NCBI GenBank assembly: GCA_002633005.1
Contig: NMRA01000099.1
Span: 319,086-383,085, forward strand
Direction: 5' to 3'
Length of the DNA: 64,000 bases
From: Phoronis australis
Lineage: Eukaryota > Animalia > Phoronida
Positions 11,901-26,900 of this stretch are shown here, in pieces. Under the pieces are notes generated by a model. That model was not told the DNA's origin, made no database searches, and saw nothing but the letters and a program-made list of their open reading frames with translations. Position numbers and translations under genes: made by a program. The number at the start of each line of letters is the position of its first letter. Position 1 is the first letter of the stretch.

Positions 11901-14900
11901 AACAGCAAGGGAATTCATGGAGCTAAAGATTAAGCTTGTTTTTACTACTTGCCATGACCTAATACCTAAGGGACTACAAGACTAAGCCTTGTAACACAAC
12001 TATCGTCACAGTGACTAGAGCATTGAAGACTCACCTATTATGCGAGGGTTCTGGGTTATCTGAACACACCCAGTGATCGGGGAATGGTTTGCCGATGTTG
12101 GAACTGGAGTAGGGGAGGATGCGCCACTTTAAGCACAGATCTGGAATGAAACAAGTCGAACCATTGACTGACAGCTTTTTATCACCGCAAAATATCTAGT
12201 TTTGAGTCACAATAATTCTCCAACGCAATATATGCACCAGGCTGTGCACTGGACAAATTAAAAACAACTACGAATACAGTTTTCATTGTTTCCAGCAGAT
12301 CGCCCATAGTACCCACTTCATCTATTGCTTTACATAAACACTAAAGAAAAGCACTGTTCATGATTCAATCACTGCAAAAATGAAAATCCAGTGGAATAAG
12401 CTAACAAACATGCCCTACTCCTGAGTAGCAACTGTGCTTATCCTGTCCCGCACGTAGAGATCAGCATGTGAACAATTCAAGTTATTGCCAAGTTAACTCC
12501 AAGCACAGGCCATTGGAAGGAGACCACTAGCTCTATATTATTGAAACAGTTGATACCAGTCTCAGCGTCAACACACATGCTTACCACACTGAAGTGAAGT
12601 AGTGACTTGCATGGCACGTTTCCTGGTGAACTTCGAGTCGTCTTCGGGCGGATCTTTCCATTCGGAACTTGTGTAGCCAAAACTCTCCCAGAAGTTCAGC
12701 ACTCCTTGTTTAGCTGAAAACAATTGACTCTCGTTTACTGACAAAGTATCCCAAATTATGTCTGTGGGTGAAATGCAAAACCTATAACTGCTACAGTAAA
12801 GCACAAGAAAACACAACTGTACTCAAAGCATAACAATGTAAGGGTGGACTAAACACACTAGAACGTAACACTATGTTCTGGAACTATGCCAATTTGACAA
12901 GCTGACAAATTTACTTTTCCTTGCCAACACTGTGACAATGGCTCGATACAGAAGAAGTACTTTTTTGAACAGAGAAAAAAAATCCACTGAAGATCTAATA
13001 CCTCATCAAGGAACAGAATCAATCCCACAATACCAGACTGTGCATCTGCTAGTTAAGTGCTTTAGCTAATACAGGATTAGGAACCACATATTAAAGAACA
13101 CTACCGTCACCTCACTAACATCAATATCACACATTGTCATACACTACTAGGATCTTACCAATATCACACATTACCATAGATACAATGTTGCCAGCTTACT
13201 AATATCAGTATCACACATTACAATACAGAACTGCCAACTTACCAACATCAATATCAAACATTACCACCTTACCAAAATCAATATAACACATTACCATACA
13301 TTACTGCCACCACGACAATATCAATATCAACAATATTCGTTCACTACTGTAATTTTACCAATATCAATATCCCTCCAGTACTGTTGCATATGTTCAGACA
13401 TGGATTTGAGCAGATGGCGGAACTCTTTGGCATCAGCAAAGTCCTGTTTGTTGTGCGTGGGCTCTAACACCAGGTAGGGGACGTCGACCACGCCCACCAC
13501 CCCGCTACATAGGCTGAAATGAACAATGCAACTGTTTATACATCTCCTTCACACTGATATTCACATCCAAGATGGCAGTCCAAGTTGAGAGCAACACATG
13601 CACAAAATCAAAGAAGCATAATATCAAGTTCTTTTCAACTGGGATGCACACTGGTAAGAACTCATATGTTTCAAGACGAGACTTTGCAAACACACCTGTG
13701 GTGCATTCTGCATATGTATCCTAAGACACGCCACCATTCTCAACACTAATTTCACTTACGAAGCCATTTATCATATTTAAGAGCAGGTACTTGAGAACCA
13801 CAGTGCACCTCCAATACCCAACTCCGTGCCCATTCAGACCATTCCTGATGACGATTAGCCCAACTCATTAGCTCCAGCAACAAAAGCCCACTTACACTCC
13901 CCCATCCTGCTGCGGCCCCACTTTCTGATACATCTTGATGAGACGGCTGCAGTTATAGATGAACATGCCAAACTGGTTACGGTTGTCAATGTTCATTCCG
14001 AAGTAGAAGTCCAATGTCTTAGGGTTCTTCTGTGACCTGAAACACGCGAGGTAGGAGTGACAGAACCACCCAAATACAGAATGAAACTATGTTATTCCTC
14101 AGGGCGTCTTGCAAAGGGGGAGGGGGAAGACGGCGAGCTCTCACCTTCCCGGTTTCAATTGCATAGCTATAACAGAAGAATCCAAAGCTCATGCGTTGCC
14201 CACCTGCCTTGTCATCACTCCCCATCCATACTCATTCTTCCTGTATTCAGTAACAACCCTCAAGCTTTCAATGCGTGTTTTGTGTTGTGCACGGTAAAAG
14301 GAACATTATTGATTTCACAGCCAAAACGTATTTTTTGGATTACTGTCCGATGGGATAGTTATTAGGTTTGACCAGAGACACTAAACAACAAAATTACTTG
14401 TATTTTTCTCAACAATCTTGCTGTTACTTACCAGACATTCCCTGAAATCAAGGTCGGCAATTTTAAAAGTGAAACAAGATTAAAATACTCTGGTATTTAT
14501 TCAGTGGGATTTACCTCCCCCAGCAGAGGGTTAGGCTGTGTCCGTGGAAGTTACAGGTTTGAATCCGCGATGAAGCTCTCAGAAAATAACTTTTCTCACC
14601 GATAATTCCCCTTTAAATATATGCTGTATATTTTCCAACAACAAACCATGTTCAGTAGACCCCGCTATGTGATCTTATACGCACTATCAACAGCCTGTCA
14701 AAGTTGTAAAGTGTAATTACTTAAGCTTTCTGTCCGCTATCTGTTTCCTGAGCTGGGCTTCCTTACGAAGATCACCAGCCACTGTTTGAGCTTTTCGCAA
14801 CTCGGTCTGAAAACAAGAACAGCCAGTCTAACAACTGCACAAGTCTAGATTTCAAATACAATTTGCACTCTCGCTCTGACTGGACAACTGGTGTGCCGAC

Positions 14901-17900
14901 CAGAGATGCAAGAACCTCATGAAAGCGCAAGATCACACAAAATTTCATTAGATGTCACCATGGATTCCAAGTTTAGCATGAGATAACACTAGCTTTCTAT
15001 GAAAGATTCTTGCATCAGATGGAACTCAGCTTTGGTTTAAGGCACAAATGTTTTTTTTCTAAATTCTGTCAAAACTTGTTCTAGAAGTAGACAGTTAGCT
15101 GCAAAACTTCGTCACTAAAGGACCTGATGCAACACACAGCACTACATGAACATAACCTAAACAGGTCAGTGTTCTTCAGGCCATATTGACCTAGAACAGT
15201 ATTCTTCTAAAACAAGCCCAGACACAAAGAAAGTTTTGTTGTGAATAGTGCGAGAGAGTCTAAGAAAACTTGTTAATCAAGAAACGCACTCCTTCACTAA
15301 TCAGCTCTACTTAAATCAGCTTAGAAGATGAGCAATATTCTGTGAACATCAATGAAGGAAAAAATGAACAACTTACCCTCTTGTCTTTACTCAGAGATTT
15401 AGACTTGATTTCAAGATTCCTGAAAGAGTTAAAATACTTTCTTAAATTAACTTAACACGCGTTATCCACAGATTTAAGCACAAGGCTCGACAAAGCTAAA
15501 ACCAACCACATATAACCGCTTCTACAAAATCACAGCTTCTCTATTAAAGACTACCAGCGACCAAACACTAGAAATCTGGATAAAACAATACGGTTTGACA
15601 CTAAATCAAAGACTCCTCATAGCTTGTAATATATAACTTGTACGAGTGTTGGTTTGAATACCGTGCATTAAAAATCACAGGCAAATAAAAAGCTATCTCT
15701 GGGTGGCAATGACCCAAAGACAAAGGGGACCAGTAAGTCTTCCAAATACAAGTCCCTACCTATGATTACAGATCACAATGTCCACTTTTAAGTAACTTAC
15801 TTTGCCTTACTCTCGGCTTCTCTGGCCTTCATGTCAGCTGTAAGAAAAACAATGACTTGAGCGCAAGTGAAGAGGAGGCAAACGTAATGACTTGAGTCAC
15901 ATTTTACAGTAAAGAAGATGCAGTTTACTGACTTGAGTCACATTTTCCAATGACGAAGGTGCAAGGTAATGACTTGAATCATACTTTATAATGAAGAGGA
16001 TGCAATGTACTGACTTAGAGTCATATTTTCCAGTGAAGAGGAGGAAACGTAATGACTCAAGTCACATGTTACAGCAAAGAAGATGCAAGGTAATGACTTC
16101 AGTCATATTTTCCGAGTGAAGAGGGTGTAATGGAATGACTTAATTGAGTAACAATTTACAGGAATAACCATGATCTAATACACGAAGAGCCACAACATCA
16201 AAAATATTCTGAAGTATTTATTGTGTGTCAGTCTAGGCCTCATAATGCAGTTTATAAGGCATGGTAACACCCACAAATGAACCCATGAAATTTTTAATAA
16301 ATCTCACATGATGCATTTTTTTCCCTCAAATTTGGTAAACTCAGAATTGGTTGTTCTTCCAAAGGAATTATAACTTAGACTTTTAAAAACAAAATTTGAG
16401 GAATTATTTTTTGGGTCATGCTGTACTTTCAAATTAATTAACACCTCTGATCTTAGCCTTGTTGTTCATTTAATAGAAGAGTACCAGGCTTTTTAATTTA
16501 CTCAGCACGCTCTTCTGAGGCCTGCGTGCCACTGTGTAAAGCTTGGGTAAAATCGTGCAAGTATTGTTCTAAATCAATAATGCTTTATGACTGAATAATT
16601 GACATACGCCTCTGCAACAGAAATGACATACTCTTTAGAAGATTGATTGGACTTCAGCCCGTGATCTAAGACGAGTCTACGGAAAGAAGCATAAAGCGAA
16701 TCTGAACTACATAATTGATTAACCAACCATGTAAACTAAACATAAATAATTATCATAATAATGATCATATCACATAGTAATACCTAGAATATTTGAAGAA
16801 CGGGATAACCAAGCCGTTAAAGCCATTAAACCTATGTTGGTGGCCATCTGCTGCCTACATCACGAGACCAACCCCTTCAAAACGTCAAACTTTACCTGCT
16901 AGTGCTTCCTGCTGGGCCTTCTGGGCCTCGTTCTCAGCCCGCGTCTTGAAGCGCGACGAGGCATATTTGTACACTCTGGGCTTGTATAACGTACTGACCA
17001 GTCGTTTAGTGCGAACCTTCTTGCCCTGTATGTAGATCTTCATCCTTGGATCCATGTACAGTATGGAAGTGTAGGCTCGGAATGACTTCTTCTCAGGCAG
17101 AAGGCTGAAAACACCAAGGCAAATGTAATATAAGATGTCCAAAGGGAATGAATATTATGGACACGGCCAAGCTGGTTGACGAGTTACTTTTTGCGATATT
17201 TAACTCCAAGCTGGGATTCCACAGCGGTCTGAATAACCGTGGCAGTTCTGTAAACTTTGGTTAATCTCCAACTCCAAAAGCTATTTTTTTTCAAAAGAAT
17301 CTGAATCCCATGCTTAGCCATTTTAACAATAACAGTATGATGTTTGTCGAAGATAGTCGGAGACAAATGAAGTGAGTAATCCACCAGAGATGTTGTTTCT
17401 AACACTTTAGGGTGGATGACAGTCAATATCAGTAAAGAGGCCTAGCTTATGATTTGCTAGTTTTGGTGTGAATGGAAATGAAAGAGGAATAATTACCAGA
17501 AGTACACTGCTGCACTGCGTATCAACTTCATCCACCAGTTACATAATTTTCATTCTTAAATTTTAACTATATATACACCTATATTACACAGTGGTTACTA
17601 CAAAAAGGGTCACCAAAATTGCTTTGACTTGTCTACACTTATTGCAGTCAATACCTACATGCACATTACAAGTTAAATTTTTGTATGAAACTGGATGTTT
17701 TGCGAAAGGTAGAGGTCTGAAATACCAAAACTCGCGGTGATAATAATGTAGACAAACAGAGAGACAGATGGCTCTTTAATCGAGAATAAATTTCCCAGTT
17801 GCTAAGCTCAACTGCATGTTGGTGAAGCTGCATCTCCATGCTTAGATGACTAATTAGAGACGACTGAATTCAATGTTCAAAACATACCATTGTTAACTAA

Positions 17901-20900
17901 AGGTACACATCAATTTGTGTTGATTTGATATAGGAAACATTTGGTTTTGCCACAAAGCATTATTTCTCTTTTATAGACTGTTGCAGTAAGTATTCCACTA
18001 AGGCCATTAGCGATCTCAATATATTACATTGACACAGGCAAAAATTGATTACATGTCAACGCCGATGGAAAGCATGCTTGTGGAGACAATGTAGCAATTA
18101 TAAGACTGTCAAATGACAATATAATGGCTTCAGACATAACACAAAACTACAGGCTTAACACACTAGCACATACTCAGTGTCTGAGGAGTCTGTAGAGGAC
18201 AGGATGATGTCGGTATCTTGTGTAAAGACGTCTAGCTCTGGAAGGCCACTGTCTAACAGTTTCATGTTATAGAGTACAACCAATGTCCCTGATGGGCCAG
18301 AGATCTTGTCAAACTGTTCTAGATACTCCTCTTGGTTTCTGAATGGCGAGTGCTTGTAGATTATTTCCATTTCCACCTGATGCTGGATGACAAATATTTT
18401 CAGCAATGTTACAACATGGTACAACGACGTCGGTAATAGTCATCACCAGGTGTATGCCATGTGAACAGCCATGACCGACTCTGAACAAAATGCACACACT
18501 TTCAAACAATTCACAGACCTAACTGTGAAATTTAGGAATCCCAGGTGAGGAATAGAAACTCCAAGAATGTGATGGGAATGAGTAACATTACAATAAAATC
18601 TTCACAAGTTTGGACAAAAATAAATAACACCCAAATTTGAATTAATTTTCCAAAGTTTCTAATATCACGCTGAATGACCACACTTTCTCAAAACATTGAG
18701 TGACGGTAGCTTTGTTATGCAACTTAATAAAGAATTTCATTTGATATACTTTTAAATGCAATTCATACAAAAATAAATGTTCATTAGTTGGTCATATTAC
18801 AACATTCTATATGTGTGATTTTACCACATATGTGCCCACATTCCTAACTGCTGGTTCATCAGTTTGAGACCAAACCACATCACAATCAGCGTACAGGGTT
18901 CTTGTTACAACCCATGTTTTTGTGCGTTTAATGCACAGTATCAGGATTTTTGGGATGGGCTCCGTGTTTGCACGCCTAGGCCAACTGTCTAGCACACGCA
19001 GTCTTTATGGCATGGATTACCCCAGGACTAGATCTAAAAATGAGACTGTGTGTGGCTACATAAGAGACTGCATAATCTGCTACTTCTAACAAAAATAAAA
19101 GGTACGAGTATGAGACGCACCAGTATAGTACACTCGTGGAAAACTAGTTGTGTGAATTAGTTATATACCACAGCTTGAACTACTTCTGAAAAACAAAAAT
19201 GCAAATAACGACTTGCCACTGAAATACACCTACATGCTAAATGACAAGAACTTCTCCAGGAGTTGGAATGATACACAAGTCACTCTGAACCTCAACAATG
19301 CCAACTAACCTTTTCTTTGCCTTTTGGACCATCGACCAATGGCTGCTTGGTTGTGGCTGAAAAACTTGGTATGGGAACGATAACCTGAAACAACAATTCA
19401 TAGAAACTGTCAAGCTTGACATCATGGTTAAGACTAGTCATTTTACGACACAGCGTATCGAAAATTATGAATTTCATGAGCTTAAATCTTTCAGGAACTA
19501 AAAATGATTGTCTCCAGCAATTAGGAAACTTTTTGACCATAGGTAACAATGGCACAAGGACTCAATTGGTAAAAATCCAAATTTCCAGAAAATTTCTTAG
19601 TTTGAGGTTCAATAATGGGTATTATAAACAAAAAACTGATAGACACCTCTTCGCCTGGCTACCAAAGAGCATAGCGCAAATAATCTTGACATGCAATAAA
19701 TCTCTTGGTAATCAATTGCTGCTCAAGCCAAAGTATTACTACTTGTTTTGCTTGATTTTCACATTAATAGAGAACAAACGACAGACTAAAAATAACGTGT
19801 TGATACTATGCTGTGGAGCATAGTAGAGACAAACATATTTTTAAATCAGACCCCAGCATCCAATCACCACACTCATTTCACCTGGGATTTTCTATTGAAC
19901 TCGTGTTCTGAGAGCACAGTTCATGTATCTGAAGTACACAATGCAACTCAATTCAGATAAGAATGCACTGGGCAAGTGTTTAGAGCTTCCTACTCTCATT
20001 TGAGAAAACCCGGTTCAAATTCCGATATTACAGGCAGACACTTGAACATTGCACAAGCATTTCCCTTACCCATCTCAACCCAGTCTCAGCTGTGCATGTA
20101 CGCAAGGAAGTGAACGTGAACCTGAATATAATGTGAAAGTGATTTATGGGGGCGTGCTAATATTTAAAAACCTCAAAACAGAATTTCAAGACAGACATAT
20201 TGCATTTCAGGAGCTGGTGTTTTAATGAGACTGATATTGCAGTCTAGTTGTTTTAGGTCTTAACACAGAAAACAACTCGACTCCAACGTCCCATTTTATC
20301 AAAGATCTTAAGTCCAGTCGTAGCTAATATGGTCATAGGCAGGTTTCTGCGAAGGCGATGTTTTGTTTTCGTAATCACTGAAGAAAATGTGACTGCAGCT
20401 CACATTCAAGTTGAAAGCCCACTTTCATAAACGAGATAAACGAACGGGTTCGGAATAATTAAACATACAACCACCTTAGATGAACAGATTTACAACCCTG
20501 AATAAAACAGGCCCCTAGTTCAGAGACTTGGAGTACAGAGTCTGAGTTCGAAGTTGTCACCTCTCAGCAACTATACCTCATCAATACCCTCCTCTTCATG
20601 AAAAGTTCTTGACAAGAATACTGTAGTAAGCACGTCATGGCGCTTGGTAAACAGAATTAAGTCGTTGGATATCCTCATGGAGCCACTGCAATCAACACGA
20701 ATAATTACAGTCAAGGTACAATTAAGTAACATAAATCACTACAGTGGACACAAATGAAGACAATCACAGTGTCATTGTAGTCATCAATAGTAGACATTAT
20801 GTTGCACACAATCACTAAAACGGACAAACAACATGAAGGTCAAAGTGCAACCATGCCAATTAGTCATAAAGAATCTTGAAAAGGTTTAACTAAATAACAC

Positions 20901-23900
20901 AATGGACATAAAATCACTAATAACACAATTCACATGGTACATAGTATAATTGGAAACATTACATTCAGACAAAATCCAATGGAAAAATGGCAACACAATA
21001 CATGCAATGAGTGATGATTACAGCACATTTGGGCAATTCCGTGAAAAGGTCCACCTCAAGACAAAAAAATAAAATTATGACTATACTAACATTTCTGGTC
21101 TCATCTGAAAGCCCAGTCTCTCTAATTTCAGGAACCATGTTTGACTATCCTATAACTTTCAATTTTTTGCCTAAATGGCCCCATTTTTGGGGGTCACTTG
21201 ATCCTAAACAATTAGGACGGTTTTCATGTGTGTTGCTAGTTATTGTCATAAATAAGCCAATTATGGGTATTTCATTGTCAAATTTGTGCAATCACATGAA
21301 GCCCAAACTTTACAAAAAATAACATTTCAACTTTGGCACATCGTTGACCTCTTGGGGTCAAAGGTCAACTCCTGGATATTATGGTGCTCTACATCTGTCA
21401 CAAAAAATGCTAAAAAGTTTAGTTACGTTAAAAGTTTTAATTCAAAATTAAAATTATTCCAGATTCTCTTCTAACTTCTTATTCAATACTATTGACCAAA
21501 ATTTTAGATCCCAGGGATAATTTGTTAAGTCAGAATTTGCGTGACAGACGTACGGCAAATTTGTACGTGCGTCACGTACATTCATCACACCCATGAAATT
21601 GCAATTTTTCAGCCAATAAAAATAACCTTAGGTCTTATTTTTATTTTCTTAACTTGCTGAAGATAAACTGTATCTCACATCTGAGAACCTTGAAATGATG
21701 ATTACAAAGACAGCTTTAAAATTAAGTAATTCAAGTTGCTACAGATTTAAACTTGATGCACTGGTCTTTTGCAATCCCAAAACTATTTGCAAAGAAGTTA
21801 TAGTTCACAATGTCATCTAGTTATTCTTAGTAGAATTCAACTTATTAAAATCAGATACTTGGACCACATTACAAAATGTAAATGAAACAAAATGTTAATT
21901 TAGTGATCATATTGTTTTTCTGTTGCTGGCCCCTGAGTGTAAAGAAAGGCAAAGCTTTTGGAAAATTCAAGAGGCAAAAATATTCATATAAAAGAATTCC
22001 TACGGTATTCTAGAGTATAAATAACAAGAGATCTAAACAAATACATGTCAAGTTACTGTTGCGCTGGAATCAACAAGTCATTTCTGCTCTTACCTGCTAT
22101 GCCATGTTTTATGGTAAAAAAGCCGATACTGGACATTTTTAAAAGGTAGCAACATGTCACCTACTTTATTGAGCATTTTTGTCACACCCTCAGTGACTAT
22201 AGTCACTATTTTTGTGTTTTTCAGTGTCTTCGGTGGCTTGTATGAAATGATTTCATAGCAAGTGTTTAAACCGTCTCATCTTACATATTTTTGATCTTGC
22301 AATCTTTTTAAAAATTAGACTGAAGTCCTGTTACTAATACTTTTAAAACATCACCTTTATTAATTACATGCATCAGAACCATCAACGACATGGAACAGAG
22401 AATAAGTTTGCACAACCTTAGGGCAAGTTCTAATTAAAAACAATTAATTACAATGCATTTTTATTGCAATGATTGGTAATGTTTTAAAACTACATTGCAC
22501 ATTTTATATTTTAACACTCACATAAATTGTTTTCAAATTAGTATTCTACTTAATGCATAAAAAGTTTTCCTGGTAACCAACAGGTGTCAAATACAAAATG
22601 GTCATCTCTCCTTCCCATCTACATTGCTTACCATCTTCGAAGGGCAGTGAGGACTTTAGTTGGTTGTTTTATATCTTTAATCAAATGTATTGAAAACTTA
22701 AAATCCTAGAGTACATTCCCAGCATAGGCCTACCAGTCATGATTTCGTGCAAAAGGTCAATCGCTACATTTTGACTAAAAAACATTGAATCAGTAGACCC
22801 CAGAATCTAAATCAATCACTGCAGTTACCGCACTAATGAACAGCTCTGGATTGCAAATTTCGTAAAATATAAAATTAAAGTGCACAAGATTGTAAAATGC
22901 TCATCAACTTACGATTTCAGCCCGTTGCCATACATGCCAATGTGGTGATTGTCTGTGGCTTTCTTTGAAGACTTACCAAAAGTAATGATGTCATTGGCCT
23001 CACCTAGACAAAAATAGAAAAAATGTATTGCTGAGACTGCCTCTTCAATTCTAAAATTAGTACAGCCCTCCAGTATCTAAAACCAACTCACTTCTAGCAA
23101 TTCTGATTATTTGATTATTTGTAGTTACATAAAATTTAAAAGGATTAGCTCAAACTAACAAAGCTAATAGTATTGGCATCTGGGATTTTTTGAAATACAA
23201 AGAAAAAACTTACTCTGATCCATGCCCATTCCGTCGTCAAGGAAACACAGCACGTAACCACCTCGTAACTCCTCATTGGGCACTAAAATGTAAAGATTTA
23301 AGACCACCCTAACACCCGAATTCAAACTTGTAATACGAGAGTTAAAATTTCAAGAACAACAACCAAGACTTCAGTGCCCGGTTCTATGAAACAGTCCCAA
23401 ATAGGAACTCAACTAAGTTCCCTAAATCTACTTCAAATTTTTAGACTTGAGACGACATCAATTGCCCTTTCTTGTATTGTTTTAGTTTCATTACTAAGTC
23501 AACTTTTGACTTTGATATAAATCCAAAGTGAACTCAACATTGAATTGTCAAGAATGTTATCAAAAATAATTAGGGATCTTTTCAAGCAACATCCCCAATT
23601 TAAGGACTAAGTCCCTATTTATTTTCAATGAATTCTGGGCTCAGTTTTTAGTAATATTATTAGAAAATATCATTAATCAAAGAGGACCTCATAATAAAGA
23701 TGAAATGATAGAAAAATATTGCATCTGTGAGATCATAAAGAAACAAATAAGCAAAAAGACTTAGGGACCTTAGTTGAGTCCCTATTTGGGACTGTTTCAT
23801 GTAACCGGGCACAGAAGCCCCAACAGCATGTGTAAAACAGACAATTGTTTCACATAGTCTAGCAAGTCATGAAAAAGAAATCTTACCTGAGTAAATGTCA

Positions 23901-26900
23901 ATCTTTGTTGCCTCTGCATCTCTAAAAATATGAACAGAAGAGAGAGAATTAACAAAATTACAAATATATCGCAATGCAAACCACAATTCGGTCAACTTAA
24001 ATATACTTTGAGCCATTGGCCCATGGTACACCAATTATGCGGAAATACAATAAAGTTGCAAGAAATGCAAACTATGTTTTTCATATTTTATCTATTGACT
24101 AAATCAATATAATAGAAAATACTTCAGCCCAGAACAGTATTTGGACTACATATACAGGTACAAAAATAGGTACAACAGGTGAACCCTTATCAATATACAT
24201 CAACACAGAGATAGATGAATAACATGAATTGCTGTTTATTTTAGTACAGTGATGAGCTGACACAATAAAAGCTGGTCTTATTATTGTACTCTCCCCGTCA
24301 CAGTGTCATCTCTGGTAGAGAGAAGCCCCCGTAACAGGACGATGTTCATCACGCTAAAGCCCGTGTGTGAACAACAGAGCCCATACCACCGTGCAGCGAG
24401 TTATTTTGTTTGATGCAATGTTATTTTGAGTNAGTGAGGACTTTAGTTGGTTGTTTTATATCTTTAATCAAATGTATTGAAAACTTAAAATCCTAGAGTA
24501 CATTCCCAGCATAGGCCTACCAGTCATGATTTCGTGCAAAAGGTCAATCGCTACATTTTGACTAAAAAACATTGAATCAGTAGACCCCAGAATCTAAATC
24601 AATCACTGCAGTTACCGCACTAATGAACAGCTCTGGATTGCAAATTTCGTAAAATATAAAATTAAAGTGCACAAGATTGTAAAATGCTCATCAACTTACG
24701 ATTTCAGCCCGTTGCCATACATGCCAATGTGGTGATTGTCTGTGGCTTTCTTTGAAGACTTACCAAAAGTAATGATGTCATTGGCCTCACCTAGACAAAA
24801 ATAGAAAAAATGTATTGCTGAGACTGCCTCTTCAATTCTAAAATTAGTACAGCCCTCCAGTATCTAAAACCAACTCACTTCTAGCAATTCTGATTATTTG
24901 ATTATTTGTAGTTACATAAAATTTAAAAGGATTAGCTCAAACTAACAAAGCTAATAGTATTGGCATCTGGGATTTTTTGAAATACAAAGAAAAAACTTAC
25001 TCTGATCCATGCCCATTCCGTCGTCAAGGAAACACAGCATGTAACCACCTCGTAACTCCTCATTGGGCACTAAAATGTAAAGATTTAAGACCACCCTAAC
25101 ACCCGAATTCAAACTTGTAATACGAGAGTTAAAATTTCAAGAACAACAACCAAGACTTCAGTGCCCGGTTCCATGAAACAGTCCCAAATAGGAACTCAAC
25201 TAAGTTCCCTAAATCTACTTCAAATTTTTAGACTTGAGACGACATCAATTGCCCTTTCTTGTATTGTTTTAGTTTCATTACTAAGTCAACTTTTGACTTT
25301 GATATAAATCGAAAGTGAACTCAACATTGAATTGTCAAGAATGTTATCAAAAATAATTAGGGATCTTTTCAAGCAACATCCCCAATTTAAGGACTAAGTC
25401 CCTATTTACTTTCAATGAATTCTGGGCTCAGTTTTTAGTAATATTATTAGAAAACGTCATTAATCAAAGAGGACCTCATAATAAAGATGAAATGATAGAA
25501 AAATATTGCATCTGTGAAACAAATAAGCAAAAAGACTTAAGGACCTTAGCTGAGTCCCTATTTGGGACTGTTTCACGTAACCGGGCACATGTAAGTCCCA
25601 ATAGCATGCGTATAACAGACAATTATTTCACATAGTCTAGCAAGTCATGAAAAAGAAATCTTACCTGAGTAAATGTCGATCTTTGTTGCCTCTGCATCTC
25701 TAAAAATATGAACAGAAGAGAGAATTAACAAAATTACAAGTATATCGCAATTCAAACCACAGTTTGGTCAACTTAAATATACTTTGAGCCATTGGCCCAT
25801 GGTACACCAATTATGCGGAAATACAATAAAGTTGCAAGAAATGCAAACTATGTTTTTCATATTTTATCTATTCACTAAATCAATATAATAGAAAATACTT
25901 CAGCCCAGAACAGTATTTGGACAATATATATACAGGTACAAAAATAGGTACATCAGGCGAACCCTTATCAACATACATCAACACAGAGATAGATGAATAA
26001 CATGAATTGCTGTATATTTTAGTACAGTGATGAGCTGATACAATAAAAGCTGGTCTTATTATTGTACTCTCCCTGTCACAGTGTCACCTCTGGTAGAGAG
26101 AAGCCCCGTAACAGGACGATGTTCATCACGCTAAAGCCCGTGTGTGAACAACAGAGCCCATACCACCGTGCAGCGAGTTATTTTGTTTGATGCAATGTTA
26201 TTTTGAGTGCAGATCACAAAATACAAACTCGTGTAGAATGCATCAGTGTAGTCCGTTCTTGTTGATGTAGTAATCCCAAACCACGACAGCATTTCTCAGA
26301 TGGAGCAGTAGGTATAGGTAAAAAAGAATTTCACCACAAACGAACTGGAATATCTGAACGTCATTTTCCTCTTATCAAAATGTCTAAATGTTCATTTTGT
26401 TAATTCAATGATAAGCCTGACTACCTCTCATAGTACTGGGAAAAAGTGTAATACGGAGAGTTTCACTTTACCAAAATGATATAACGCCCCAAAACAACCC
26501 ATAAGGCGGTTATTTGAAAAAAAGTGGCGGGGCTCTTTCCAAAACTAGTACCACTGCCCTCATACAGCCATCGGCTTTCTAAGATGCATGTTTAAGGAGG
26601 AAATTCTCTATCTGTTGGCACCTTGGATACAACATTAGAGGACTATCTGCCCTTCAGTTGACTAATGATAAACTTGTATTTCATTTCTACAATCACTTTA
26701 AAGACAAAAAGAATGAAAAAATATTGTTACAACGTGCCTTCATTTCCACAAGAGATTTGTTTCCAAGAGTTCCTGAGGAGGCTTTGTCTTAGTGGGGGCT
26801 CTTTCAGAAATACCCCAAATGGGGAAATAGGCATATCATGAGAACCAAAAATTGCTAACTCATCTATGACCAGTGCTATGAACTAATTAATTGATGAGGT

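Noticed and set aside
15850-16150. CRISPR-like look (palindromic core with variable intervening sequence)
   Set aside because: The intervening parts are homologous to each other, the context is a spliceosomal intron, and there are no cas genes. It is a minisatellite.
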